A stretch of DNA of 64,000 nt from Alphaproteobacteria bacterium (GCA_965238305.1 CBDEHK010000001.1:449355-513354), one strand, 5' to 3'. Counted from the stretch's first letter, positions 10,524 to 21,721 are shown. Notes: a model not told the origin generated them from the letters alone. A program made the numbers and translations.

Positions 10524-11537
10524 TCAGCCTGATTTGCCTGCCACGCCAGCTTCGGCGAAAGTCGCCATGCCATTGTAGGTCGCAATTGCCGCCCGCAGGA
10601 TCGCGACTGCAACAACCGCGCCAGAGCCTTCACCCAGGCGCATATCCAGATCAAGCAATGGCTGCTTCGCCAGTTTTTCGAGCAGGCGTCGATGACCGGG
10701 CTCCACCGAACAATGCGCGGCAGCGCAGTGATCCAGAAATGTCGGGTTAACTTGATGGAACGGGGCCAATGCCGCGGTCGCGACAAATCCATCCATCAAA
10801 ACCGGAATTCGATGCTGCCGCGCGGCGAGGACAGCCCCGGCTATTGCCGCCAGCTCCCGCCCACCCAAACGACGCGCTATTTCCAACGGATCGTGAAGAT
10901 GCTCATGGTGGAATTGGACGGCGGTTGAAATTACGTCGCTTTTGCGCTTCAGGCCGGCATCGTCCACCCCGGTGCCTCGGCCCACCCAATCCGCCGCGTC
11001 ACCGCCATAAAGCGCGTGGCAGATCGCCGCTGCAACCGTGGTATTGCCGATACCCATTTCGCCGATGCAAAGCAGATTTGCGTGCGGATCGACCTTTTCC
11101 ACTCCCGTTCGAACGGCGCTCAGAAAATCCGGCCAATCCATCGCCGCGGCGGCGCAGAAATCCCTGGTCGGGCGATCCAAATCCAGCGCACAAACCTCCA
11201 GCTCTGCATTGTTCAATGTACAAAGCTGATTAATCGCGGCACCACCATGGGAGAAATTAGCCACCATCTGTTCCGTAACTTCTGCCGGAAAAGCGGAAAC
11301 GCCGCGCGCCACGACCCCGTGATTGCCGGCAAAAACGAGCGTTTGCACTTTCGCCAAAATTGGTTCTGTCGTCGCTTGCCAACCGGCTAGCCAAATCGCC
11401 AGTTCCTCCAACCGACCAAGTGCACCTGGCGGCTTTGTCAACTGATCATTGCGCGCCTGCGCCGACGCTCGGGACGCCGGGTCAGATTGCGATAAATCGG
11501 TAAGCAATGACCTGAGTTGGTCGGCATCAATTGGCAT
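10524..11537 (-). CDS. cobT: Nicotinate-nucleotide--dimethylbenzimidazole phosphoribosyltransferase
   Basis: LLCIGEMGIGNTT and GVDDAGL motifs; start chosen at MPIDADQLRSLL (the longer ORF runs to 11597). Confidence 0.85.
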   Translation of the reverse strand: MPIDADQLRSLLTDLSQSDPASRASAQARNDQLTKPPGALGRLEELAIWLAGWQATTEPILAKVQTLVFAGNHGVVARGVSAFPAEVTEQMVANFSHGGAAINQLCTLNNAELEVCALDLDRPTRDFCAAAAMDWPDFLSAVRTGVEKVDPHANLLCIGEMGIGNTTVAAAICHALYGGDAADWVGRGTGVDDAGLKRKSDVISTAVQFHHEHLHDPLEIARRLGGRELAAIAGAVLAARQHRIPVLMDGFVATAALAPFHQVNPTFLDHCAAAHCSVEPGHRRLLEKLAKQPLLDLDMRLGEGSGAVVAVAILRAAIATYNGMATFAEAGVAGKSG

Positions 11538-11627
11538 AGAGTGGAATCCGGATTTATTATATGAAAAAGGATGGTATCGTCGAAAAATTCGCCGCAATCA
11601 TCGGCGTTGCAACAGGGTAGGTCAAGC

Positions 11628-12374
11628 ATGATCGGGAGTTATTGGCGGCAATTTCTGCTGGCGCTGGGGTTTCTAACCCGTCTTCCAGTTAGGCCACCCG
11701 ATGGCGACTGGCAGGGGCGTTTGGCGGACGCCGCCTGGAGCTTCCCCCTGGTTGGAATGGTGGTTGGATTTGTCGGCGGATTAACTTTCCTGGCGGCCAG
11801 TATATTAGGATTGCCGGCTTTCGTCGCGGCAATTGTCGCAGTCTCCGCCCAGGTGGTTTTGATCGGCGCGCTGCATGAAGACGGCCTAAGCGATGCTGCC
11901 GACGGCTTCGGCGGCGGACAGGATAAAGAACAAAAATTGTCGATCATGCGCGATAGCCGGATTGGCGCTTACGGTGTTATCGCCCTGGTATTGATGCTGC
12001 TGGCGCGGGTTGGCAGCGTTGCTGATATCACCCAGGTCATGTCAGCCTTGATCTGCGCCGGTGTTTTATCCCGTGCCATGATGGCGGCGGCATTGGCATG
12101 GTTGCCGCCGGCGCGCCCGGACGGACTGGGTTTCATCGCCGGCCGTGCCCAAAGTTCGACCTATGCGGCGATCGCCATCGCTTTCATTGTGCTGATTTTG
12201 CTGTCGGGATTTCTGAACGCAGTTCTGTTCCTGGTGATTGGCGGCCTTGTGCTTGGCGCCGTATGTTGGTTGGCGAAACGGCAGATTGGTGGGCAGACCG
12301 GAGATGTTCTTGGCAGTTGCCAACAGCTGGTGGAGATCGCCACCCTATTCACCTGGCTTGCGTTGCAGTCTTAA
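11628..12374 (+). CDS. cobS: Adenosylcobinamide-GDP ribazoletransferase (cobalamin synthase)
   Basis: MIGSYWRQFLLALGFLTRLPV N-terminus; polytopic membrane protein of about 248 aa. Confidence 0.85.
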   Translation: MIGSYWRQFLLALGFLTRLPVRPPDGDWQGRLADAAWSFPLVGMVVGFVGGLTFLAASILGLPAFVAAIVAVSAQVVLIGALHEDGLSDAADGFGGGQDKEQKLSIMRDSRIGAYGVIALVLMLLARVGSVADITQVMSALICAGVLSRAMMAAALAWLPPARPDGLGFIAGRAQSSTYAAIAIAFIVLILLSGFLNAVLFLVIGGLVLGAVCWLAKRQIGGQTGDVLGSCQQLVEIATLFTWLALQS

Positions 12375-13675
12375 ACCCGATCAATCAGATGCATGAAGGA
12401 GCCCATAACCCGGCCGCGTCGTTGACCGGCCGGGCCAAGGTTTTCATCGAAACCATCGCGGGCCCAGAACAAGGGGGCATCATCGCCTTGTTCGATGATG
12501 CTGGCATAGTGAAATTCGTGACCCCGCATGGCTTCAATATTGTCGAACATTTCCGGCGCCGCCACCTTCAGCTTGCGATATCCCAGATGCAATTTTCGTT
12601 TGGCGAATGACGTCGTGAGCGAGAGCAATCCGATCATCTCATGACCTGCACCTTCGCCATCAATCAACCGATCGCCCAGAACCATATAGCCGCCACATTC
12701 GCCAAACACTTTGGCGCCTGCCGCGGCCAATTCGCGGACCCCTTGTTTGAAGTTTTCCGCCGTTGCCAGTTGCCCGGCATAAAGTTCCGGATAGCCGCCC
12801 GGCAAATAGACCGCGTCCGCCGCCGCTATCGGGGCTTCATCCGCAAGCGGAGAGAAAAAACACAGTTCAGCGCCGGCGCTTCGCCATTCTGCCAATAAAT
12901 GCGGGTACGAAAAGGCAAATGCAACGTCACGGGCAACGGCAATCCTTTGGCCAAGTGGCGGAATACCGTCGGATCCGGTGGCGGTTGTTTCGATACTCAA
13001 TTCCTTCATCGCGGTGGACAATAGCTGCAGATCCAAATATTTGCTGAGCCACTGCGCCGCCTTGTCGAGCACGAGGTCTAGACCTTCTTGTTCATAGGCT
13101 TGCACCAGGCCAAGATGCCGGCTTGAAAGGCGAAGTTCCGGTTGCATCGGCGGGCAGCCCAGAATTGGCACGTCGATATCTTCGCAGGCCCTTCGAATGA
13201 TCCGTTCATGGCGCGGACTGGAAATGCCATTAATGATCACGCCAGCAAACCTAATATCCGGGCGAAAGTGCAAAAACCCGCTAATCGACGCGGCCAACGA
13301 GGCGCCCTGGCCTTGGGCGTTGGCGATCAGAATAATCGGTAAACCCAACTGAACGGCAACATCCGCGGTGCTGCCGGCGCCATCGACGGTGCCATCGAAC
13401 AGACCCATGACACCTTCAACAATGATATAGTCGGGCGTCGGCGCGATATCGTTCATAACCCCAGCCACAGTCGCGGCGCGCATCGCCCAAAGGTCGAGAT
13501 TGGCGCAATCCCGCCCGCTGGCGATGCGATGAAAACCGGGATCGATATAATCCGGCCCGACCTTGAGACCACGCGCCGTGTGACCTTGCTGCCTCAACAA
13601 GCGCAGCAATGCCGCGACGATCAAGGTCTTGCCGGCATTCGTCCCTAAGGCCGAAAATATTATGCCCTTGCTCAT
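12371..13675 (-). CDS. cobB: Cobyrinate/hydrogenobyrinate a,c-diamide synthase
   Basis: MSKGIIFSALGTNAGKTLIVAALLRLL... N-terminal ATP-binding domain plus a C-terminal glutamine amidotransferase domain; paralogous to cobQ. Confidence 0.85.
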   Translation of the reverse strand: MSKGIIFSALGTNAGKTLIVAALLRLLRQQGHTARGLKVGPDYIDPGFHRIASGRDCANLDLWAMRAATVAGVMNDIAPTPDYIIVEGVMGLFDGTVDGAGSTADVAVQLGLPIILIANAQGQGASLAASISGFLHFRPDIRFAGVIINGISSPRHERIIRRACEDIDVPILGCPPMQPELRLSSRHLGLVQAYEQEGLDLVLDKAAQWLSKYLDLQLLSTAMKELSIETTATGSDGIPPLGQRIAVARDVAFAFSYPHLLAEWRSAGAELCFFSPLADEAPIAAADAVYLPGGYPELYAGQLATAENFKQGVRELAAAGAKVFGECGGYMVLGDRLIDGEGAGHEMIGLLSLTTSFAKRKLHLGYRKLKVAAPEMFDNIEAMRGHEFHYASIIEQGDDAPLFWARDGFDENLGPAGQRRGRVMGSFMHLIDRV

Positions 13676-13774
13676 GACTACGGGTTATTCTTTCGTCGCA
13701 TTATTATCGCTCGTCAGGGGCAAAATATTGGCCTTCAATTGACTGGATTAGAGTAATCTTTAAGTTGTCTATTT

Positions 13775-14890
13775 ATGGACCGTGGTGAGCGGAAGGACAA
13801 GCAGCAGGTGGCGCGACAGGATAAACCATTACGGCGAGGATGGACGACGGGCGCCTGTGCGGCGGCGGCGGCCAAAGCCGCCTATTCGGCGCTGCTTTGC
13901 GGTGATTTTCCTGACCCGGTGCCGATAAATCTGCCAGGCGGCAAGACGACAAGTTTTAGTCTGTCGAAAGAGGCGCTTTACGAAAATCGGGCGATGGCGG
14001 CAATTGTGAAAGATGCCGGTGACGATCCGGACGTCACCCATGGCGCCTTGATAATTGTCGCGGTGTCGCCCGGCAAGCCGGGCAGCGGCCTCTGTTATGT
14101 CGCTGGCGAAGGCGTCGGGACAGTTACCCGACCGGGTTTGTCCCTTTCGGTCGGGGAGCCGGCGATCAACCCAGCACCACGGCAAATGATCCGTGACGAG
14201 CTGATCCAGTTGGCCGAGCGGTATGCGGTCGAATTGGATGTTGTGGTCGAAATTTCCGTCCCCGATGGCGAGAAACTGGCAGAAAAGACCATGAACGGTC
14301 GTCTCGGGATTATCGGCGGTATATCCATTCTTGGCACTACCGGGATTGTCGTCCCCTATTCCTGCTCCGCCTGGATCGCCTCGATCCATCAGGCGGTGGA
14401 TGTTGCCCGCGCCGAAGGCACCCGCCATATGGGCGCCTCGACCGGCAATACGTCGGAAAAAGCTTTGGCCCGGGCGACCGGTTTGGCGAAAAATGAGCTC
14501 ATTGAAATGGGTGACTTTGCCGGTGGATTGCTGAAGTATCTACGCCGCAACCCCCTAGATCGCCTGACCATTGCCGGCGGGTTCGCGAAGATGACGAAAC
14601 TAGCGGCGGGCCATATGGATCTACATTCCGCCAGAAGCAGCGTCGATTTTCAGCAACTGAAAGGCCTGTTGGGTGAATTGAAAGCGCCTGAAGAATTGGT
14701 GGCAGCTTGCGATCGGGCCAATACGGCGGCGGAAATACTCGATCTTGCCCGCCAGGCTGAAATCCCTTTAGCGGATCTGGTGGCGATGCGTGCCCAGGCG
14801 ATTGCGCAGGATATTTGCGACCGAAGATCGAAGATCGACATTCTGGTCACGGATCGTGCCGGCAATATCGTTGGTTCAGCGCATGACTGA
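13775..14890 (+). CDS. cbiD: Cobalt-precorrin-5B (C1)-methyltransferase CbiD
   Basis: LRRGWTTGACAAAAAKAA signature. Confidence 0.85.
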   Translation: MDRGERKDKQQVARQDKPLRRGWTTGACAAAAAKAAYSALLCGDFPDPVPINLPGGKTTSFSLSKEALYENRAMAAIVKDAGDDPDVTHGALIIVAVSPGKPGSGLCYVAGEGVGTVTRPGLSLSVGEPAINPAPRQMIRDELIQLAERYAVELDVVVEISVPDGEKLAEKTMNGRLGIIGGISILGTTGIVVPYSCSAWIASIHQAVDVARAEGTRHMGASTGNTSEKALARATGLAKNELIEMGDFAGGLLKYLRRNPLDRLTIAGGFAKMTKLAAGHMDLHSARSSVDFQQLKGLLGELKAPEELVAACDRANTAAEILDLARQAEIPLADLVAMRAQAIAQDICDRRSKIDILVTDRAGNIVGSAHD

Positions 14891-15635
14891 AAATCGCCGC
14901 CGGGTTCTATTGCTTGGCGGCACGGCGGACGCCCGGGCAATTGCAAAGCGGCTCAAGAATGGGGTGTCGGTGGATGTCATTTATTCCCTCGCCGGGCGAA
15001 CAAAAGCACCGATTCTACCGGATCTGGAAAGCCGCAGCGGCGGTTTCGGCGGTAGCGCCGGACTGGCATCCTATTTGACAAGCCATGCGATCGATTTCGT
15101 GATCGATGCCACCCATCCCTTCGCGATCCAAATGAGCACGAATGCAAAAAAGGCCTGCGATCAGGTAGATATCCCGCTTTTACGGTTCGATCGGCCGGCC
15201 TGGCTCGCTACTGCCGAAGATACCTGGACACATGTCGAAACTATCGCGGCGGCGGCACAGGCGGCGCCTGAACTTGGTCGCCGAATTTTGCTGACAACTG
15301 GTCGCCAGGAGCTTTCCCCGTTCTTAAAGCAGACAGTCTGTTGGTGGTTGGTCAGAGTGGTTGAAGCAAATGCGGATCTTCCAGCCTTGAACAATGGCAA
15401 TTATGTTTTTGGTCGCGGTCCGTTCGACAAGGAGGCGGAACTGACGCTTTTGAAAAATCATCAAATCGACTTGGTGATTTCAAAAAACAGCGGCGGGCTT
15501 TCGACCTACGGAAAAATCGCCGCCGCCCGGGAACTGAATTTACCGGTAATCATGATAGACCGGCCCGCCCAGCCGCTCACAAGCACGGCCAAAACCTATG
15601 ACGAGGTGGTTAATTGGTTGGTGGATCACCCGTGA
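14883..15635 (+). CDS. cobK: Precorrin-6A / cobalt-precorrin-6A reductase
   Basis: [24 protein letters not shown]; the start overlaps the cbiD stop. Confidence 0.85.
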   Translation: MTENRRRVLLLGGTADARAIAKRLKNGVSVDVIYSLAGRTKAPILPDLESRSGGFGGSAGLASYLTSHAIDFVIDATHPFAIQMSTNAKKACDQVDIPLLRFDRPAWLATAEDTWTHVETIAAAAQAAPELGRRILLTTGRQELSPFLKQTVCWWLVRVVEANADLPALNNGNYVFGRGPFDKEAELTLLKNHQIDLVISKNSGGLSTYGKIAAARELNLPVIMIDRPAQPLTSTAKTYDEVVNWLVDHP

Positions 15636-16381
15636 CGCAGGATATGTTGGTGATCGGGCGCGTAGAGCCGACTATCGCTGGCGTCATCACCACTTAGAAC
15701 CTGGCCAACCAAGATCAGTGCAGTGCGGGTGATTTTCGCCTCTCGTACTTTCTCCCGTATATCGCCCAAGGTGCCGCGCAGAATAACCTGATCCGGCCAA
15801 CTGACCCGATAAACCACGGCGACGGGGCAGTCTTCGCCATAATGCGGCACCAAATCGCGACAGACCTGGCGTAAGTTTCGAACCGACAAATGGATCGCCA
15901 GGGTCGCTTTCGCGCAGGCCAGTTGCGCCAGTTCTTCACCGCTTGGCATCGCCGAGCTTTTCATTGATGTCCGGGTGAGGATGATGGTTTGGGCGATATC
16001 GGGCAATGTCAATTCGACCCCCAATGCCGCCGCGCTAGCAGCAAATGCCGGAACCCCAGGGGTGATTGTATAATCGATCCCAAGCTCGCGAAGCCAGCGT
16101 ATCTGTTCGCCAATGGCGCCATAAATCGATGGATCCCCGGAATGGACACGCGCGACGTCTTGCCCGTTGTCGTGGGCGGTGACTATTTCCGCGATGATCT
16201 GGTCCAAGGTCATGGCCGCGCTATCAATGACCCGGGCCCCGGCGGGTGCAAATTCGATAACTTCCTTAGGCACCAGGCTGCCGGCATAAAGGCAAACGGG
16301 AGAAACCGCGATAAGATCGCGACCGCGGATGGTGATAAGATCGGCGGCGCCCGGCCCGGCGCCAATGAAATGTACGGTCAT
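15626..16381 (-). CDS. cobM: Precorrin-4 C11-methyltransferase
   Basis: [24 protein letters not shown]; tetrapyrrole methylase fold. Confidence 0.85.
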   Translation of the reverse strand: MTVHFIGAGPGAADLITIRGRDLIAVSPVCLYAGSLVPKEVIEFAPAGARVIDSAAMTLDQIIAEIVTAHDNGQDVARVHSGDPSIYGAIGEQIRWLRELGIDYTITPGVPAFAASAAALGVELTLPDIAQTIILTRTSMKSSAMPSGEELAQLACAKATLAIHLSVRNLRQVCRDLVPHYGEDCPVAVVYRVSWPDQVILRGTLGDIREKVREAKITRTALILVGQVLSGDDASDSRLYAPDHQHILRHG

Positions 16382-18153
16382 TGCTCTTGTTTAACCTTAT
16401 TGAGCGGGTATCCCCGCGGCGTATAAATAAACCGCTCCGGGCCTTTTTCAGCAGCCGCGGTCATGGTTGAACCGATGATCACGATGGATAACATATCAAC
16501 ATCGTCGACCTGCAGACCGGCCAACTGGGTCGTGGTGATACGTTCATCATTTCGACCCAGATTGCGGGCGATCACAACTGGTGTCTGGGGCGGGCGATGG
16601 TCAAGCAGAATATCCCGGGCCTTGGCCAAAAGAACCCGACGCCGTTTCGAAACCGGGTTATAAAAAGCAATGACAAAATCACCGGCGGCGGCATTTTCAA
16701 CCCGTTTTATGATGACATCTGTCGGGGTCAGCAAATCCGATAAGGAGATGGCGCAGAAGTCATGGCCTAACGGCGCCCCGATACGCGCTGACGCGGCCTG
16801 CATCGCTGAGATACCGGGGGCATTCACAATCTTTAGCCGGCGCCAACTTGCCGGGCTGTCCGGATCGGCCAGCAATTCGTGGGCCAGTGATCCCATGGCA
16901 AAAATTCCAGCATCGCCGGAGGAAATGAGGGCGACATGTTGACCAGCCGCGGCCAGGCGTAAAGCCTCTCGGACCCGCGCTTCTTCTTCGCCAAGTTCAT
17001 AGGCATGGCAGGTTTTGCCGTCGGTAAGGTCCGCAATAAGGTCAAGATATAGGCCATAACCGACAATGATGGTTGCCGACCGGATCAGTTTGGTCGCTTC
17101 GCCAGTGCGCCAGTCGCTGGCCCCCGGGCCGATGCCGACGATGGAAAGTTGACCACGCGGTTGGCCGGCGCGCAAAACATCAATTGGGGTTTTCGCCGCC
17201 GCAATTGCGCAGGTCGCTCGTTTGCTTTTTCGCTTCTGTTGAACAAGCCGACCGGAAGCGCCAACAGCCGCCAGCGCGGCCGCTTCGGCGACCCCCGCTA
17301 CCCCGACTTCCGACATCACGATGTCGGAGGGATTAAGCAAACGGTCATGTTCTTTCGCCAGATCCTCGGTCGCGAAGAATCTAATCGGTTTGTCCAACGT
17401 CTGGGCGATTTCATGCAGGGCGGCCTCATCCGACTTGATGTCGATTGAGAAAAACCCGGCAACCGCATCGATGGTCAGGTTTGCCGCCGACAAGGTATCC
17501 GCGATTAATCTTTCTATTTCCGCCGCCGCCGTCCCGCGTTCGCAACCAAGGCCAATGGCCAGGTTATGTGGATAATAGACCAGGTTTTTTGCGTCACCCG
17601 GCAGCGGTTTGTTGGTCACGTGGATCTGTAAATCCCCGCCGCCGCCGAACGGCAGTTTGCTTGTTTGCAGCCAATTCGCTTCGCCGTGTAGTTCGATCGT
17701 GGCGCCGGCCATCGCCGCCACCAAAAAGGCCTTCACATCGCCTGGATTAGCAAGGGTCCAGCCGGCGGGCGGATCGTCCAAGGCGACATCGTACAACAGA
17801 TCGCTGGCAGACGTTATTGCGGCGGATACCTGCAAGCCGTCCGCCAATTGTTTTGCCAGGTCATTGGCGCCATGATGGCCACCAAGCAGCGGCACTACGA
17901 CGCTGCCGTCGGGCGCGACCACAACCACCGGCGGATCGGTTGTTTTTCCCTGCAGTTCGGCAGCGAGCAGGCGAATAACAATGCCGGTTGCACAAATGGC
18001 GATCACCGATCGATCGGCTTTGAAGGCATTCAAAAGTTCCGCTTTGAAGTCGCCCGTTGCCGCCAGCTCCGCTTCCGGCAAGACCGTCCGCACCTGTTTC
18101 GCGACACCTTCGGTGCTTTTGTTCAGCGGTATGATAATTGGTATTATCGTCAT
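16378..18153 (-). CDS. cobJ: Fused CbiG (cobalt-precorrin-5A hydrolase) - CobJ/CbiH (precorrin-3B C17-methyltransferase)
   Basis: 591 aa; N-terminal CbiG-like region, C-terminal methylase [38 protein letters not shown]. Confidence 0.8.
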   Translation of the reverse strand: MTIIPIIIPLNKSTEGVAKQVRTVLPEAELAATGDFKAELLNAFKADRSVIAICATGIVIRLLAAELQGKTTDPPVVVVAPDGSVVVPLLGGHHGANDLAKQLADGLQVSAAITSASDLLYDVALDDPPAGWTLANPGDVKAFLVAAMAGATIELHGEANWLQTSKLPFGGGGDLQIHVTNKPLPGDAKNLVYYPHNLAIGLGCERGTAAAEIERLIADTLSAANLTIDAVAGFFSIDIKSDEAALHEIAQTLDKPIRFFATEDLAKEHDRLLNPSDIVMSEVGVAGVAEAAALAAVGASGRLVQQKRKSKRATCAIAAAKTPIDVLRAGQPRGQLSIVGIGPGASDWRTGEATKLIRSATIIVGYGLYLDLIADLTDGKTCHAYELGEEEARVREALRLAAAGQHVALISSGDAGIFAMGSLAHELLADPDSPASWRRLKIVNAPGISAMQAASARIGAPLGHDFCAISLSDLLTPTDVIIKRVENAAAGDFVIAFYNPVSKRRRVLLAKARDILLDHRPPQTPVVIARNLGRNDERITTTQLAGLQVDDVDMLSIVIIGSTMTAAAEKGPERFIYTPRGYPLNKVKQEQ

Positions 18154-18156
18154 ATC

Positions 18157-18858
18157 TCAGCCAACCGGCTTGTCCATGCGCACAATAATCGTGGCGAAAT
18201 AGGGTATCTTGGCGGGATCGACCTGCGACGCCTTGGCAACTTTCTGGCTTTGCATCGTTGCATATTCTACGCAATAGGCGTTATCCAGCAGGTCGAGCTC
18301 CCTAAGAAGGTCGATGACTTTTTCACCATGACGGCCAATTTTGATGATCGCGGCGGCTTGGCAGTCCAACAGGCGCCGTCGCAAATCGGTTGGTGATAAT
18401 CGCGCCGGCAGCACACAAAACACCTCGCTGCCGCTGACCAAAGGCATTAAGGCAACATCGGCACTCGCATTGACGGAGTTCACGCCTGGGATTACTTCGG
18501 TTTTGAAGCGATCGCTCAAACGATTGAACAGATACATGAAGGAACCGTAAAAAAACGGGTCGCCTTCACAAAGCACCGCCACGTCTTCGCCGCTTTCAAG
18601 CATCGCGCCGATCTGGGTCGCCGCGGCATCATAGGCCGCATGATCCGGATGTTTGTCAGTGGTCATTGCCAGGTCGAAGACGATTTCTTTTTTGCTATCG
18701 TGCAGATAAGCGTCGGCAATGCGCCGGGCCAGAGGCTCCCCCTTAATGGCCCTGGGATAAGCGATAACTTTGGTGCGTGCCAAAATTCGCGCCGCCTTCA
18801 AGGTCATCAATTCCGGATCACCAGGGCCAAGACCGACGCCATATAATGTTCCGGTCAT
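18157..18858 (-). CDS. cobI: Precorrin-2 C20-methyltransferase
   Basis: MTGTLYGVGLGPGDPELMTLKAARIL. Confidence 0.85.
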   Translation of the reverse strand: MTGTLYGVGLGPGDPELMTLKAARILARTKVIAYPRAIKGEPLARRIADAYLHDSKKEIVFDLAMTTDKHPDHAAYDAAATQIGAMLESGEDVAVLCEGDPFFYGSFMYLFNRLSDRFKTEVIPGVNSVNASADVALMPLVSGSEVFCVLPARLSPTDLRRRLLDCQAAAIIKIGRHGEKVIDLLRELDLLDNAYCVEYATMQSQKVAKASQVDPAKIPYFATIIVRMDKPVG

Positions 18859-20060
18859 GTCTTGATCCCACGATATTGCACCACCGGCCGCATTTGCTGC
18901 CAGGCATGAAAATTGCCCAGCGGTTGTAATTTCGCTACCGAATGACGGCTTAGTTCGCCACCATGTCGGGAATGAAATTTCAGCAGCGCCGCTTCACCTT
19001 CTGTCGTAACTACATTGGCGAGCAATCGTCCGCCATTTGGAAGGGCGCGCCAACAGGCGGACAGGAGCTTTGCATCGGTAACGCCGCCGCCGATGAAAAT
19101 CGCCTGTGGTTTTGCCAAACCCTTTAGGGCAGCAGGGGCTGTGCCGGTGATAATTTGCAGATTCGGAACGCCTAGATTTTGCGCATTTTCGGCGATCAAC
19201 GTCGCCCGCGCGCTATTCTCCTCGATTGCGATCGCTTTGGCCGTCGACTGCTGCAGCAGCCATTCGATGACGACGGAACCGCAACCGGCCCCGACATCCC
19301 ACAACAATTCCCCCGGGCCCGGCGCCAGGGCGGCAATTGTCAGGGCACGAATATCCTGTTTGGTGATTTGACCGTCATGGACAAAAGCCTCATCCGGCAG
19401 GCCGATGGTGTGCTGCGGATGTTGTTCTGTTGCGTCCCTAATGCATTCGATCGCAATGGTATTAAAGTCTTTGGTACGGCGCCGCCAAGACTTCGACAAA
19501 CCATCATAACGCTTCTCCGACGGTCCGCCCATATGTTCAAATACGGTCATGCGGCTAAGTCCATAACCGCTTTGCCGCAGCAGTCGGGCGACCTGTTTTG
19601 GGGTCGATCCATCGTCGCTTAAAATCAGCAAACGCGCATGATGCCGGATCGAGCGGCGCAACAGATCGAGCGGGCGGCCATGTAGGGTGATGGTCTCCAC
19701 TTCCGCCAGCGGCCAGCCGAGGCGGGCGCAGGCCAACGTGAAAGCGGACAAGTTTGGCACGACGTGCACCGCTTCTTTGCCAAACTCCCGGCAAAGCGTG
19801 ACACCGATGCCATAATGCATCGGATCGCCGGTGGCCAGCACACAGACTTTCCGGCCGCGCATCTCGCGGATCAGCTGGACCGTATCTTTCAGCGGGCTTA
19901 GCCATTTAAGGCGCTGCCGGGGATCGTCTTTCAACATCGCCAGCTGGCGCTCGCCACCAATGAAAATATCTGCCTTGTCGATCAATGCCAAGGCTTCCGG
20001 CGTCAATTCAGCCAGCCCGTTTTCACCGACGCCGACGATGGCTAACCAAGGTTTCGTCAT
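18855..20060 (-). CDS. cobL: Precorrin-6Y C5,15-methyltransferase (decarboxylating), CbiE-CbiT fusion
   Basis: MTKPWLAIVGVGENGLAELTPEALALIDKADIFIGGERQ at the N-terminus; a class I SAM methyltransferase half at the C-terminus. Confidence 0.85.
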   Translation of the reverse strand: MTKPWLAIVGVGENGLAELTPEALALIDKADIFIGGERQLAMLKDDPRQRLKWLSPLKDTVQLIREMRGRKVCVLATGDPMHYGIGVTLCREFGKEAVHVVPNLSAFTLACARLGWPLAEVETITLHGRPLDLLRRSIRHHARLLILSDDGSTPKQVARLLRQSGYGLSRMTVFEHMGGPSEKRYDGLSKSWRRRTKDFNTIAIECIRDATEQHPQHTIGLPDEAFVHDGQITKQDIRALTIAALAPGPGELLWDVGAGCGSVVIEWLLQQSTAKAIAIEENSARATLIAENAQNLGVPNLQIITGTAPAALKGLAKPQAIFIGGGVTDAKLLSACWRALPNGGRLLANVVTTEGEAALLKFHSRHGGELSRHSVAKLQPLGNFHAWQQMRPVVQYRGIKT

Positions 20061-20686
20061 TTGGCTAACCGTGCCATGGCGTTGACCGCGGCGGCGGCGA
20101 GGGCACTGCCACCGCGACGTCCGTGTAAGGTTAAAAAGGGGATGGAAAGGTTGGCCTCAATCAAGGCCCGCTTGGATTCCGCGGCACCGACGAATCCAAC
20201 CGGAAAGGCCAAAATCGCCGCCGGCTTCGCCACGCCGGCAGCTAAATGTTCAAGCAGACGGAAGAGCGCCGTCGGCGCATTGCCGATTGCGACAACCGCC
20301 CCGGCAAGGTCGGGTAACCATAGATCGACCGCCGCCGCCGACCGTGTAACTCCACTTTCACCGGCTCGTTCAGCGACCCCATCGTCATTCAAAGTGCAAA
20401 TAATGCGATTGTCGGCGGGTAAAAATTTGTCGATGACGCCTTCTTTGACCATGCGGGCGTCGACCAGAATTGGCGCGGCGTTTTTCAGCGCCCCAACGGC
20501 GGCGGCGGTTATGTTTTCACTGAACTCCAACTCGTCCACAATGTCGGTCATGCCGCAGGCATGGATGAGGCGGACAATGACCGTTGCGATATCGGACGAA
20601 AACCCGCCCAAGGAGGTTTCGTTGCGGATCATTTGGAAGGACCGCTGATAGATTTGATCCGGTAGTTTCAAATAAGGTTCGGTCAC
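20057..20686 (-). CDS. cobH: Precorrin-8X methylmutase
   Basis: MTEPYLKLPDQIYQRSFQMIRNE; about 209 aa CbiC/CobH family. Confidence 0.85.
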   Translation of the reverse strand: MTEPYLKLPDQIYQRSFQMIRNETSLGGFSSDIATVIVRLIHACGMTDIVDELEFSENITAAAVGALKNAAPILVDARMVKEGVIDKFLPADNRIICTLNDDGVAERAGESGVTRSAAAVDLWLPDLAGAVVAIGNAPTALFRLLEHLAAGVAKPAAILAFPVGFVGAAESKRALIEANLSIPFLTLHGRRGGSALAAAAVNAMARLAK

Positions 20687-20698
20687 TTGCTTCGCATC

Positions 20699-21721
20699 CT
20701 AGTCTTCGGTCATGCTGCGCGGGCCGAGGGGATGGTCCGCATGGGGATAGGGATGGTGGTCATGGTCGTGTTCATGGCTGTGTGAGTGACTATGTCCGGT
20801 GAAGACATGAGCGGTGGGGTCAAATTCGGCCCCGTCTAAATTATCGTCGGTGCCAATCCCTTCGACATGATGATGATGGCTTTCCTGCGGCAGGCCAACC
20901 TCGGCTTCGAAACCCAACACCTGTTCGCGATATTTGCAGGTCTGGCAATTCATGTTGTTGGCGCCCTCCAGGGCTTCCCGGACGCGGTCGGCAAAGGTAT
21001 CCAGCACCAAGGGATGGTCGTTTAGATAGGGCGCTTTGACAAACTCAATCTCAGGATGACGTGCCGCGACGATGTCGGTGTAGTGAAAAATTCGGCGCAC
21101 CAGGATGCCTGTAAACAGAAAATATGGAAACACGATGACCCGTTTGTAACCCAATCTGGCGACATGTTCTAATGCCGGCTCGACCAGCGGGAAAGTGACC
21201 CCGGAATAGGCCACCTGGCCCCAGCCGACACCGATACCTTCCCATAACATCCGGCAGACTTTGGCGATATTGGAGTTTGCGTCGGGATCGGAGGCACCGC
21301 GGCCAACCACGACCAGGCAGGTGTCGTGCCGCGCGACAGTGTCGCCGGCCGCCATTATCGCCTGCTCAACACGTTCGCCGGCGGCCCTGATCATGCGCAT
21401 ATCCAAACCCAGGTCGCGGGCATAGGTGATGTTCAAGTCGGGATTTTGTGCGGCATAGGTATTGATCACCGATGGTAAGTCGTTTTTGACATGACCGGCG
21501 GCGAACAACATGCCGGGGATGGCGATGATCCGCTTATTACCGCGTTCTTTCAGCGCATCAAGGCGTTCGCGGATGATCGGCTTGGCGAATTCGAGAAAGC
21601 CGCTGTCGACGTCATATTGCGGCAGGCGTTCTTTGATGCCGCGCGCGACGCTTTCGAATTCGCGGATCGCGGCACCATCCCGACTACCGTGGCCGCAGAC
21701 CATAACGCCCGTTTTTGTCAT
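20699..21721 (-). CDS. cbiX: Sirohydrochlorin cobaltochelatase, long form (CbiXL) with His-rich tail
   Basis: MTKTGVMVCGHGSRDGAA N-terminus; C-terminal MNCQTCKYRE cysteine motif and a His-rich tail HHHHVEG...HSHSHSHEHDHDHHPYPHADHP. Confidence 0.8.
   Translation of the reverse strand: MTKTGVMVCGHGSRDGAAIREFESVARGIKERLPQYDVDSGFLEFAKPIIRERLDALKERGNKRIIAIPGMLFAAGHVKNDLPSVINTYAAQNPDLNITYARDLGLDMRMIRAAGERVEQAIMAAGDTVARHDTCLVVVGRGASDPDANSNIAKVCRMLWEGIGVGWGQVAYSGVTFPLVEPALEHVARLGYKRVIVFPYFLFTGILVRRIFHYTDIVAARHPEIEFVKAPYLNDHPLVLDTFADRVREALEGANNMNCQTCKYREQVLGFEAEVGLPQESHHHHVEGIGTDDNLDGAEFDPTAHVFTGHSHSHSHEHDHDHHPYPHADHPLGPRSMTED

Noticed and set aside
11390-11630. Possible riboswitch or regulatory RNA in the cobT/cobS divergent region
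   Set aside because: Only about 90 nt separate the two starts once they are trimmed to plausible Mets, and no B12-box is present.
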